NCBI RefSeq assembly: GCF_963676685.1
Contig: NC_092346.1
Coordinates: forward strand, 82,708,001 to 82,772,000
Direction: 5' to 3'
Length of the DNA: 64,000 nucleotides
Source of the DNA: Mytilus edulis
Lineage: Eukaryota
Shown: in pieces, positions 37,670 to 49,784 of the stretch
How positions within the stretch are numbered: the stretch's first letter is position 1
Layout of the letters: each line of letters starts with the position of its first letter
Translations under genes and position numbers: made by a program
The notes under the pieces: generated by a model
Database searches by the model: none
The model's input: only the letters and a program-made list of their open reading frames with translations
Told to the model about the DNA's origin: nothing

Positions 37670-38934
37670 TTAAAGGGAAACTTCGCAAAAAAATCAAAAA
37701 TTGATATTATGTTCATTCTGTATAAAAATGCTCAAATTCATAGATATTAAAGTTTTATTCCGCTAGATAAGCGATCACCATCGATTTTAAATTTAGAGTA
37801 TCAATTCTGTGCGATCCGCCATTTTGTCTTCTTTCCCGATTAATAAAAACGATATGTCTATAAACCACAAAGAAACAAAACTACAGTAACTGATGTAGTC
37901 GTAATTGCGTGTCGATATCTTGTCAATCGTACGGTTGTTTTATCCGACTAACTAACTTGATACGAAAAATATTCTTACTTTTTTTAAATTACCATGGTCT
38001 GTTGTTTTTAAACTGTTGATATTGGAATTAGGTGAACAGTCAAAGTTGAAATCATAAATAAGTGTTCCGTGAAAATTGTTTTCGAAAATCTAATTTGTTC
38101 ATAATTCTTTAAAGTAATAAAAAATTTTCAAATATATTTTGATCTTCCCTCATCTGATCACCAGCATGGCTAAAGGTATTACTTCCAAAGGTATTGTGAG
38201 GGGTGTGAGGTGACACGTCCAGGTATTCAAGCGATTTCCTGTCGGGCTTGCAAGTTCATGCATCGTTTCACTTCTGCAGGTATTGATCAGTGTACACGGC
38301 TGATAACTTATAACTTATAACTTTCCATTTCGAACTATCAGATGAATAATATACAACTCTGTCTTACTTGTCATTACTAAACTCATACGCTTGTTTATAA
38401 ATAACATTTCTGGTGTAAAGAATATAATTCATAAACATATAAATAATACCCAAAAAATAAGATTTGATGAAATTAAAATCTATTTAAATATTTTTTCCAA
38501 GGGTGAATTTGGGAAAATGTAATATATAGTCATTGTCAATAGTGAAGGACAGATTGGAACAGACCAGAAATATTGATTTAAAAAAATGTACGCACTTGCC
38601 GACGATTCGTTTATACGACTGGATAGAAAGTTGCGGGACTATAGCGCAATTTAAAATATATACATGTATACATTGAACATAAGAAAAAAACATATATTTT
38701 GAATAAATAGGGGTAAAAGTGTTGTAAATAGACTAGTCCACGTATGCCAACAGTATGTAATCATCGAATGTCGAAGATATACCAGAAGAAGAAGAAGAAG
38801 AAGAGAACCAATTTGATTTAAATACAGGTCGATGTATAACTTTTGCTTTGGTTCATTGAAGCTGTGGACCTAGTAAAATCACAGATTGATATTTCAATAA
38901 GATTGTTCTCGAACAAAGGAAGGAATTCGTCATC

Positions 38935-39368
38935 ACAATTGTTATAAATGTTTGTTTATTGAATAAATGCACATTTATACCCCAATGGGGTTGAAGGCAT
39001 ATATAAATGAACACAATACATCATACAAAAATAACAACAAAAGAACAAACATTATATACATATAAGTATCTATCATGCAGTTGTTGAGTCCACTCTCCTC
39101 AGTGACCATGACTTTTTAACAAATGGAGCCGTATACTGCATAATTGATGGACACGAAAGACATAAAACCAATTTATCCACACCATCCATATTATCTATAT
39201 CAGAATAGGTATTTCTAACTTTCTGCAAAAATTGAAGTCTCAAATCTTTATTTTTAATACATGTAAATAAAAAATGTTCTTCATCATCTATTTTATTTAG
39301 ACAACAATGTTGACATAAACGTTCTTCCCTTTTTATATTTTTGTATCTACCCCTTTCAATTTCCAAAA
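38935..39368 (-). mobile_element. 5'-truncated LINE 3' end (RTE-X/L2-like C-terminal Cys-His knuckle)
   Basis: EIERGRYKNIKREERLCQHC...DDEEHFLFTC....DLR, followed by a 3' UTR with AATAAA; nested inside the Kolobok-type element. Confidence 0.75.
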
Positions 39369-40187
39369 TATGGTTATATATGCCACTGGACGAACACTAA
39401 TTATCCCCAGGGGATGTGAATATTTTGCTGGGAAACTTTTGAGTATCAAAGTTTCAAATTAATTTCGGGATTTATTTTCTTTCTTGGTATTCAATAACAG
39501 AAAAAAGAATAAATTACTTGTCCGCTAAATAGGGGTATTCTTGTCAGATAAAAGACTTTTAGTTATATTTAAAAAATAGGGAAATATGACATTAAATTGG
39601 TTCTGTCTTTTTTTTTTTAAACATCGTTAAAAAGATGTGTGTCTAAGGTGAACGCCACAAGAACCCTGTAATACTAGTACGAGAGTATAGCATGTAAACA
39701 TTCCTTCTCAATAATATGGTTGTATTGGAAATCTTTTCATACAGATTGACAACTCATTGTCCGATATGCATGTAATATTTGCCACATGACGCCCATAGTT
39801 CTTTCTACCATCATCATCATATTCTGTGATATTGCTGTAAACATCGATGGTTCACACCCAAACAAAATGGGAGTAATGGACCTTCAGAGCTTCTCCGTGT
39901 TATACACTTGTGAAATATATAGACGAAATTTCTGTATTGAAATGAATCTACATCTCACAAACAGGATTTTCAAATAACGATTTTGAGTAATCACCTTACA
40001 AACCAATATAAACGTATGGCAAGATATAACCATGAAGGAATTTAGTTTTTGTCAGACGCAAGAACTCATCACTATATATATCATAAACGTATACGTATAT
40101 ATATGCATACAGTTTCAAATATTAAGAACAAGCGGTCGATGTCGATAGTCTGTTTTCTAACTGTTCAGAGTTAGACATGTCACTTGT

Positions 40188-40355
40188 TCATTCTTGGAAG
40201 CCTTCATATTCCCCGTCTAACGATGGGAACTCTTTCTGATTGTGTTGACTATAAATGCTTGTATGGTAATTCTGTCGTTTATCTGTACAAGCGGTTGCAT
40301 TTCCTCTCCTTTCCCAACAAACAAACGAACGAAACGCCACTAGTCTGATTTTTCT
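40188..40355 (-). pseudogene. Frameshifted P2X7-ballast/nanor/KolX-like domain remnant
   Basis: KIRLVAFRSFVCW…(frameshift)RITIQAFIVNTIRK-EFPSLDGEYEGFQE* fits R..AYR.FV.W…R..IP.C.V..IR..FP...G.Y.GF. Confidence 0.65.
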
Positions 40356-42125
40356 GGAGCTCATCCTCAATGGCTCTTATACGTCAGGAAACTTACATGT
40401 ATACTAATAATGATTGTTTCAAGAACAACGATGTATGGACGAACTATTATAAATTCGTCAATATCAGTTATGCATGACTAAAATATAACTTTTATTACAA
40501 CTACTGTATTACTTATTTGGATTAATGACGGCTATCATGTTCAACATTGCACAAATATTATCATAGAATTTTTAAAAAAATCCTCAAAAATCCTCAAAAG
40601 AAATAATGCCTTAGCTTAGATAATTGATATTCTTTTCACAAAAAGTTCGTGTAAATGATTGTCAAATGAATTTAATTATGTAAGAATAAAATGTTAAAAA
40701 GAAACTAAAAAAAATCATGCATGTTGTATGTTGTATTTTTTTGTCAATTAAAAACTTTAAAATTGCAATAGTTTTATTAGCATTTAAACACAGTCAGATT
40801 TGAATACAAGTTAAGAAATTCCGGTTAAGTCAATGATATCAAACAGATGTACAATGGTATATCAAATTGGGTAGTATTGCATTTAGTTTTTATTAAAGAT
40901 TAAAACTACTATTTTTTGCTTCATATTTGAATCTTTACGCCAATTGCCGCTAAGAAAGTAATCAAAAATTGTTTCCTTTTATTTTTATACACTTTCGGAA
41001 TTACACGAATCTGAATTTTATTTTCAATTAATTTACACAATTTAATTATTGTATCTTTATTCTCATCGTGTATTAAATCTTAGTGTATTAACATGGTGAC
41101 AGCATACTCTTTCTAATCCTTTCTGTTTATCCTTTCCAAATAACAACATTTATACCTGTGTACGCTTGAACTCACACCTGCGGCTAAATAGCTACAAGGT
41201 AAACGAATTGACCTCAAGCCGGGAAATATACAGTGACCTTTACAAAATAATATACACACTCTGCTCACACATTAGTTGCATTGAAATGATTATCAAAACA
41301 ATAACGGTAAATAGAACTGAAATATTTTTAGTTCAATATCAGTAAAAATGTTCAATAAATATTTTATGAAAAAAATCTCAACAATAATTAATTAAATTTA
41401 TTCAAAAACATTTACTAGAGATAATTTTATAGGAGTTTAATTCAATCAATACAAAACGGTATATGCATATTCATTTTCGTTCATTCTTATATTGTGGTTA
41501 ATAACTTCGACCATTCGTCAGCTGTGCGCTTTTAATTACGTATATTGTCGATAAGCTATAAGAGTTAAACAGATTTTATTTTTTCCCAGAATTCAATAAA
41601 TCGGGCTAATACGTCACGACCCACTCGAGAATTCAACCAAAAAAGTTACAAATACTTGATTTTCTCCGTTATTAGAAGGAATATAAATTTAAAACTTTGC
41701 AAATGTGTTTTTTATGTTAAGATGAACATAATTAGATGATAAGTAAAAAATCGCGGAATTTCCCTTTAATAGTTCAAAGTATGATCTTCAACACTTTAGC
41801 CCTGGCTCACACCAAACAGCAAGTTATAAAGGGCCCAATAATATCTTGTGTAAAACAATTCAACTAGCGATCTAATCTATATACAAAACGAGACAACTAT
41901 CTTTCTTACAAGGGAGCTGGATCGTTACAACATATGTATATAAGTCATTCCAGACATATATAAAAGTCATTGACTTTAACTGTACGTACATTAGTAACAT
42001 GAGCAGGGAGAACAATACCAAATCAATAAAGCTTTGTTTATCTCCCTTTGTACGTCAACTTGGAGAAGTTCTATCGAGTCACATGTAATATTTTTGTTGT
42101 TGAGATTATTGTCTATGAAACACAT

Positions 42126-42335
42126 GAGGGTATGGATGGGGGGGCCTGTTATTCTGTAAACATTTAATATTCACCCCATTTTTCTCTAATCTTTAAAAAA
42201 TTAACCCCTTTTTTCTCTAATCTTCCAAAAATTAACCCTTTTATTCTCTAATCTTCTATTTTTTGGCTCATTATTCTCTAATCTTCATTTTTTAAGGGCA
42301 TTATTCTTTAATCATTTAACCCCATCCAAACCCTC
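42126..42335. mobile_element. MITE with 6-bp TSD and internal TTCTCTAATCTT repeats
   Basis: ACACAT|GAGGGTATGGATGGGG ... CCCCATCCAAACCCTC|ACACAT. Confidence 0.8.
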
Positions 42336-43471
42336 ACACATGGCTATGAAAATCATCATCTCGGTGTCAGTCTATGGAAGAAGCGATTCGATAAAAGCTT
42401 TTCTTAAATCAACGAGCGATATTGTCTTATATCAACGAGTTGCATTGTGGGAAATTTCAGACGAATGTTAGCATTTGTACGAAGAAAGGCATATTTCTCG
42501 GTATAAAGTAATGATTCTTTTCTGAAAACAGGGTGACATTTAACATGACATACGTCTGGTGTATAATTTTCATGAGTTATTTTATGTAATAACAAGTAAG
42601 GTGTATTTAAACGAGAAAATTGAATTATTGAATAAATGAAACATAAATGCACGATTTATCATTTGTAGATGTACACATTCTATAAATATCATGTAGCAAA
42701 TTCAGTGGAATGCAATTGAGATGAATTCAATTGTTTGCTACGCCAAAATCACCTATAAGTCAACGATACTGCTATATTTTAAAATATCAATGCGATATTT
42801 GTCTTATAACATAGCGATGATTTTTTAATATCAAAAATTTATGAATGCGATACTTTTCTAATATAACTGCTAAAGTTTTCTAATATAGCGACCTATTAGA
42901 TTCTAATTTACTGGTCACACTGCTATAGTCTACCCACCTTGGTAATATCGAAATAGACAAAAAATATCATTACTTAAAAGAAACATTCATTCAAACAATC
43001 CAATCCGATACAGCTCCAAATTACAATGAATATTCAAATGGTAAAATCAATAATCCAAACAAATTAAAATGTACAAATGCTGGTGTCCCGCTCTTTGAAG
43101 ATACCAACTGAGTAGCCTCAGACTATAAATTGGACAACTTCAGATACAACGAAAATCAAAAATCTTGTCAAACAGAAAATATATTTATTATTAACATAGC
43201 AAAAGATATTGAGAAGGAAGACAGTTCTTTTTGGATATCAAAGACTTTTCCCCGTTGGTAAATCGATATCTCTATGAACATAATCAGCTCGCCGCGTGGA
43301 CACTCTTTTACATCGCGATGACCGTGAGGGTATTCCAATATATTGTTGCCACAGAGATTTGACTTTCGTTTTTGGCTAGTAACCGATCGTATAAATACGC
43401 GAACTTTTCTTAGTACAAAATAACAATCCGTATCGCTTGTTATAAATTCATTTCTTCAATGAGTACTAAAT

Positions 43472-44257
43472 ACTAGAGGCTCTCAAGAGCCTGTATCGCT
43501 CACCTGATTCTACTTGGGTTTTTGAAATCATATGAAAAAATATAAAATTTGGCTAAAAGTGACAACACAACCTCATTGATAAGGAATTTGGAACATGTTT
43601 AATTTCATTCAAAAGTCCCCCACTGGCGGCCATCTTGGATGGCGGATCGGCTACAAAGTAACAACACTTGGTCAGCACCTCATAAGGAACATTCATGCCA
43701 TGTTTGGTTTTATTCCATTCAGTGGTTCTCTAAAAGAAGTCATTTGTATGCATTTCCCATAGGGTCCTATGTTAAACTAAGTCCCCTGCTGGCGGCCATC
43801 TTGGATGATGGATCTGCTACAAAGTAACAACACTTGGTCAGCACCTCATAAGGAACATTCATGCAATGTTTAGTTTTATTCCATTCAGTGGTTCTCTAAA
43901 AGAAGTCATTTGTATGCATTTCCAATAGGGTCCTATGTTAAACTAAGTCCCTGCTGGCGGCCATCTTGGATAATGGATCGGCTACAAAGTAACAACACTT
44001 GGTCAGCACCACATTAGGAACATTCATGCCATGTTTGATTTCATTCCATTCAGTGGTTCTCTAAAAGAAGTCATTTGTATGCATTTCCCATAGGGTCCTA
44101 TGTTAAACTAACATTCATGCCATGTTTGGTTTCATTCCATTCAGTGGTTCTCTAGAAGAAGTTCAAAATGTAAATTGTTAACGACGACGACGACGGACGA
44201 CGGACGCCAAGTGGTGAGAAAAGCTTACTTGGCCCTTCGGGCCAGGTGAGCTAAAAA
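43472..44257 (+). mobile_element. HINE/pearl-like element with 166-bp core repeats
   Basis: Sub-TIRs GCTCACCTG (43498) / CAGGTGAGC (44244); cores starting at 43624, 43790, 43956; (ACG/GACG)n tract; 3' hairpin TGGCCC-TTC-GGGCCA; A-run. Confidence 0.8.
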
Positions 44258-44304
44258 TGTTTAGAACACAAATAAATAAGATGTAAATGTCTTTTCACGT
44301 TAGA

Positions 44305-44771
44305 AATGTGTATATTCGTTCATTCGTTCATTGTGTATTAATTTACGTTTTTTGATTGAGTTAAGTCTGCCAATTGATATTTTATCGTGTGTTTTTCTAT
44401 GTTGTGATGTTATGCTATTGTTTCAGAAAAAGGGAGAAGCTTTCGATCCATTAAAACGTTTAATCCCGCTGCAAATGTTTGCACCTGTTCAAAGTCAGGA
44501 ATCTGATGTACAGTAGTCGTCGTTTGTTTATGTAATATATACGTGTTTCTCGTTTCTCGTTTTTTATATAGATTAGACCGTTGGTTTTCCCGTTTGAATG
44601 GGTTTACACTAGTAATTTTGGGGCCCTTTATAGCTTGTTGTTCGGTGTGAGCCAAGGCTCCGTGTTGAAGGCCGTACATTGACCTATAATCATGGTTTAC
44701 TTTTTTTAAAAATTGTTATTTGGATGGAGAGTTGTCTCATTGGCACTCACACCACATCTTCCTATATCTAT
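44305..44771 (+). mobile_element. Abundant SINE-like repeat, longest copy (partial copies ~10998-11050, 33418-33605, 37195-37270, 41770-41890, 44858-45050, 58445-58620, 58960-59070)
   Basis: Shared TGGATGGAGAGTTGTCTCATTGGCACTCATACCACATCTT terminus in many copies on both strands. Confidence 0.75.
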
Positions 44772-45274
44772 ATTTCTTTTCTATATTCATAAATTTAGAT
44801 TGTTCAGTTGGAGGACTGGAAAGCAGTTATTTATAAGGGGAAATTTTAAAGATTTATAGATATAAGAAGATGGTGCATGAGTTCGAATGAGACAACTTTC
44901 CATCAAAGTAATAATTTGTTTAAAGTAAACCATTATAGATCAAAGTAGGTCCTTAAACACGGAGCCTTGGCTCACAGCGAACACCACGCTATATAGGAAC
45001 AAAAACATTGCTAGTGTTAAACCATTCAAACAGGAAAACCAACGGTCTAATTAAAAAAAAAAAAAAAAAAAAAGAAGATTCAAAAGTACAGGTCAATCAT
45101 TTTGATACTTAGCTATTTGATTATTTGATTACGGCATTGTTTATTAAACTCTTATTTGATTAGATTTGCTTCCAAAACCAATTGAGAAATTTGTAAGATG
45201 TTACCAAAAACAATTCGAATTAAAGCAATGGTCTTAAAACTGCTTATTTACATACAATACTACTAAGAAGTAAA

Positions 45275-45560
45275 ATTTAAAAAATGCTGAACTCCGAGGA
45301 AAATTCAAATCAGAAAGTCCCTTATCAAATGGTATAATCAAATGATAAAACACATCAAACGAATGGATAACAACTGTCATATTTCTGACTCGGTACTGGC
45401 ATTTTCAAATTTTGAAAATGGTGGATTGAACCTGGTTTTATAGCACTTCACCTCTCACGTGTATGACAGTCTCATCAAATTCTGTAATATTTACAACGAT
45501 GCGTGAACAAAACAGACATACTAGGTAAAATTGTCAAAATATTGGTACAGCAGTCTAATA
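45275..45560 (-). mobile_element. SINE-like repeat with GCCTGTACCAAGTCAGGAATATGACAGTTGT core (other copies 46690-46940, 52490-52770, 55980-56125, 56810-56930)
   Basis: Near-identical ~280-bp copies at 45275 and 52490. Confidence 0.75.
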
Positions 45561-46283
45561 TTAATACTAATCGGTACTAAAATTGATATAACAAAAACAC
45601 CGCTATGATATTTTAAAAGTATCGCATTGATATTTTAAAAGTATCGCATTGTTTATTTATGTATATAAGAAAAACACAGCACTTCAAATTTTACACTGAC
45701 ATAAACTTAAGCTTCTAACTAACTTCTGCATGTATATTTAGACTCAATTGTTGTTTATATTTGAACAATAAGTTTTAAAATTAGTATTTTCTTAATTTTT
45801 CGTTGCCGAAAACAACATTTTCCGCCTGGAATGTCTGCATATTTACAATTGATATTAGACAATATCGCTATGTGATATAAGAAAAGTTTTTATCGATACG
45901 CTTCTTCCATAGACTGGGTGTGTGTAGGATATCCTTGTTCAGGTTATCAAAATAAAGTAATAATAAAGCATACCCTGGAATGCTGCCGATAAAAACCAGC
46001 AAATGAATATTCATAAAACATAAATATTGTATTAAGAACTGCTCAATAAAATCGTAATAATACAAAACATACATATGATAGGAACAACCCCTGTCACAAA
46101 TGTCTGCTGTATTTAATTTAAACTTACATCTATTATCAATGATATTGTCCATCGCATACTGTTTAGATCAGTGGGCATTATTAAAGAGGAAACGGAGAAG
46201 CGCTCCGTCCTAAAACTTTAAATTGTTAAAAAAAAATGAAAAAAGGCAATTGCATTACAAAGCCATCGCGAAAAAAACCAAAT

Positions 46284-46682
46284 TTAGTTATGTTTTAATT
46301 TTCTGATGACAAAATCGACTGGTGTGCCAATGTAAAGTTTATTCAAAGATCTTATTTCAAAATTTGCAGGATAACCTTTATTAATAAGTTTGTTTAAAGG
46401 TTCGATGAGTTTTACACGGATCACAGTGATTTCCGCGCGTTTAGTACTCAACCACCGTAATTCAGAAATACCGTTTTTTAATAAGTTTTCTACAGGTACA
46501 ACCACATTTACTAATCAAATCTAATTTTATATGGTAACGAAATCCACGACTTATTAATTTACCAGTGATGCATTGACTACGTTCGTTAAAATCTATGACA
46601 TCACTACACAGACGGGCATGACGAACGAGTTTATTCAAAGTGTATATAAACACCGTATGGTGGAATTAAAGGAACATCGCCA
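46284..46682 (-). mobile_element. Penelope-like retroelement RT C-terminal remnant
   Basis: GDVPLIPPYGVYI…LVRHARLCSDVIDFNERSQCITGKLISRGFRYH…LIEPLNKLINKGY, with frameshifts. Confidence 0.7.
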
Positions 46683-47399
46683 ACAGCAGTATATCGCTGT
46701 TCAAAAGTCATAAATCGATTGAGAGAAAACAAATCGAGGTTACAAAGTAAAACCGAGGGAAACACAGCAACTATAAGAGGAAAACAACGGAACACCAGAA
46801 CACTGAAGTGCAATAACACCAAACGCAAACACACATAGAAACAGACTATTTGATAACAATTGCCATATTTCTGACTTGGTACAGGATATTTTGTCGGGTT
46901 GAACCTGGTTTTACGGCTAGCCAAACTTTCTGCTTTCACGGCAATGTTGATTCTGACACTAAAATAACAACGCCACGTGACAGGAATACAGTACAAACAA
47001 ACGCAAGAATACAGAAAAACGCATAAATAAATAGTGAAATAGTACATTAGTAACATGAAACCCACAGAATAAAAACGAACATATCCCAATAAAGACAACA
47101 CTGGACTCCACAAACAGTGATGTATTTTTGAGACGTACAGTTAATTGGAAGGAGATAAGAAAAATTAATTATTATTTTCCCAATACTAGTCCAAATAATT
47201 ATCATGATTATTACGGTATTTAAAAGGCTATTTTAGCTTTAAATTATCACATAGTTTGACCTCGAGCATGCTATATATTACACCAGGGTTAATCCACAAT
47301 TTTCTTAATTTAATTTTGTCATTTGTTTTGGGACTTTATATTTTGAATTTTCCTCGGACTTTGGTATTTTTGTGATTTTATTTTTTACGCCTTCATATG

Positions 47400-47540
47400 T
47401 AGTAACATTCCTACAGTGCCCGTATACGGGGTTTTCATCTCATAGTTGCTACATTATTCCAGGGCCTGACAATCATGATGTCCGAGCTTAATGGAAGATG
47501 ACTACAATGAAGATATTGCAGCAAGGGTGATAAGGGGGAA
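47400..47540 (+). mobile_element. Penelope-like RT remnant (third fragment)
   Basis: SNIPTVPVYGVFIS*LLHYSRA, the same motif as near 35950. Confidence 0.55.
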
Positions 47541-47839
47541 AACCTGAAACGTTTTTCTTTGTTTGGTCATAAAATTAAAGCACTTTCAAGTACAATAGTG
47601 TAAGTCATCCCCTCGAAAGTTTCATGGACCTCACTATGATTTGGTTAACCACTATGGACTATTAGTATATGTTTTATATATGACTACCGAAATATTCCAC
47701 CTATCATACTCATAATCCCTTCCCCATCTGATCCTTGATTGTGACGTTACCGAAAGTGACTCATTATTGAATGTTTACGAGATTGATCAACACGACAGGT
47801 GCATATAGTTATCAAATGTACCAGGCTTATCATTGGATT

Positions 47840-47881
47840 CACCAGACGCGCATTTCGTCTAAATAAGACTCATCAGTGACG
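47840..47881 (-). ncRNA. Minimal type I hammerhead ribozyme motif, core intact
   Basis: Minus strand CGUCA CUGAUGA GUCU-UAUUU-AGAC GAAA UGCGCG UC UGGUG: stem I, CUGANGA box, 4-bp stem II, GAAA, short near-palindromic stem III, GUC cleavage triplet. Confidence 0.8.
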
Positions 47882-47959
47882 GTCAGACGCTAAACTGGTT
47901 ACCCTTTTGATGTTTGATAAAACAAAATTAACAAAAAGACGATAGACAAGAATAAAAAA

Positions 47960-48660
47960 AATGGATGACGGAAATGTGATGTATCAACTGGGAAGATTAG
48001 GAGTATTACCAGATTTTGATTTTGCAGATGCTAATGTTCTTCTGTCAATCAAGAACACATTTGCCAGCCAAAGCAGATATCATAAAAGAAGAAAAGTAAA
48101 ACAATGTGTATAAGCATAGATGTAATACACCATGTTGCCTATTACACCGGACAATGACGAAATAGAGATGGTAGGCAGTTTAAATATACATTGGAGCTGT
48201 TATAGATACCAACGACAATGCAACAACCGACATAGCAAATGGAATTGAAAAAATAGCAAGAGCAGCATACTACAAGTTAAGAAAAATATGGGCATCAAAC
48301 CTACACAGTAGAAATATCAAAAAGAAAATTTATAAAATCAATTTAATATCAGTGTTATTACATTGGACAGAATGTTGGAATATAAGCAAGAGAAATGGAG
48401 AAATATATAACACCTTTAACACTAGCAACTGGAAAATAGTCAGGATATTTGGCCAGCTATATTTTCAAACTCAGAACTGCTGCAAAGAGCCAATATGTGC
48501 AGCATTACCAACACTAATTAGACCAGGAGATAGAGTCCGATAGGTGACATCCTGAGGATGGTCACACAAAACGATTACCAAATCGGCTTGACGTGGACAT
48601 CACCAGGAATGAGAAAGTAGGAATATCAACGGAATATGGAGATGAAAGGTAGACAAGTAA
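47960..48660 (+). mobile_element. Decayed RTE-clade LINE fragment
   Basis: DFDFADA (RT [YF]ADD box) followed by ARAAYYKLRKIWAS…KKKIYKINLISVLLHWTECW; multiple frameshifts. Confidence 0.7.
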
Positions 48661-49641
48661 AGAACGACTTATTTATAAGTTGTAAGAGTCTGCTTTCTCA
48701 TCTATTTTAAGAGGTATGAATGAGTGCCAATCATTTATAATACATGTATATATTCTGAATCAGTCAAGCCACCACTGACCAAAATATCATCTTGTTCTAT
48801 ATACTTAATCAAAGATATCAAATAATGTCATGCCATCACAAACGCGGACTAATGGGCTTATGTTTCACTGGAAAAATATGTCCACCTCCAATCGAATCGA
48901 CCCAGTGTTAAAAACTAATCAAATATTGCAGGATTCTAACATAGTTTTTCAGATACGCGTTTCGTTTGTATATGATAAGACTCTCAGGTGAAATTCAAAC
49001 TAAAATTTTCGAAAAGCCAAAAAACATTGGCAATTTTATACTAATGAACAAGAAACAAATTCAAATGAAGACAGTCTTGGTGTTGCTATATCTTTTTTCA
49101 TGTCCCACTTGAAAAATATAAATGAGCCAAAACCAGATTTCGCTGTGAATCAGTATAATAAAGAAAGCCTACCTACCCTCTAATGTACCTACATAATTAA
49201 CCCTCCATCATGTGAATATTCCAAGTCATGAAATTCTTTCAACATTGTCCTAGAGAATATTTTAGTGTTGCTCCCGAAAAAACCTTGTGTAAATGACAGA
49301 TCTTTAGGCGTCACTTTTAAAATTTACACTCTTTTTTTTTATATAGAGCAAGTAATGGTTAGCAAAATCTCAATATTTGATTCTCGTAAGATGCCTCATA
49401 CGAATAAGTCGTTTTGTGTAATGTTGCACTCACTTGTCAAATTCCACTAAAATCTTTAATATTTATACAATTGTATTCATACGCATATCGATAAGCTTAT
49501 ACATTTTTTTAATATTTTCCACCAACAATTTCTTTGAAATTTTAAGGTTTATATCAATATATATAAAATATAAAAAAAAATGATTAATTTGTCTTTTTAT
49601 CTCTATTTTCACTATTTGAATCTTCTCTATTGTTGCTCATT

Positions 49642-49784
49642 TCAGTGTTCACTATCCTCCGTTTCATTGTTTCCATTGACATTAGATAATCTAGGTCTAT
49701 TAGACAGTTCTACTGATCGTTTGTTTCTTGTTTCTTGTTTGTGTCTATGTAAGAGATCTTCAAATGACATCACTATTGTTTTGT
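49642..49784 (-). CDS. Probable terminal exon of the LDLa gene
   Basis: tatgttacag|(D)KTIVMSFEDLLHRHKQETRNKRSVELSNRPRLSNVNGNNETEDSEH*; phase compatible with exon C; no homology support. Confidence 0.6.

Larger units (their letters stand above)
37674..41765. mobile_element. Kolobok-type DNA transposon (decayed, ~4.1 kb)
   Basis: TTAA|AGGGAAACTTCGC ... GCGGAATTTCCCT|TTAA (11/13 TIR match, RR..YY ends); contains a ballast/KolX-like coding remnant at 40188-40355. Confidence 0.7.

Noticed and set aside
43190-43270. Possible GIY-YIG endonuclease C-terminal remnant (FWISKTFPVG)
   Set aside because: Too short and degenerate to support without a profile search.
46631-47113. 160-aa hydrophobic ORF
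   Set aside because: Chimeric read-through of a SINE-like repeat into a Penelope-like RT fragment.
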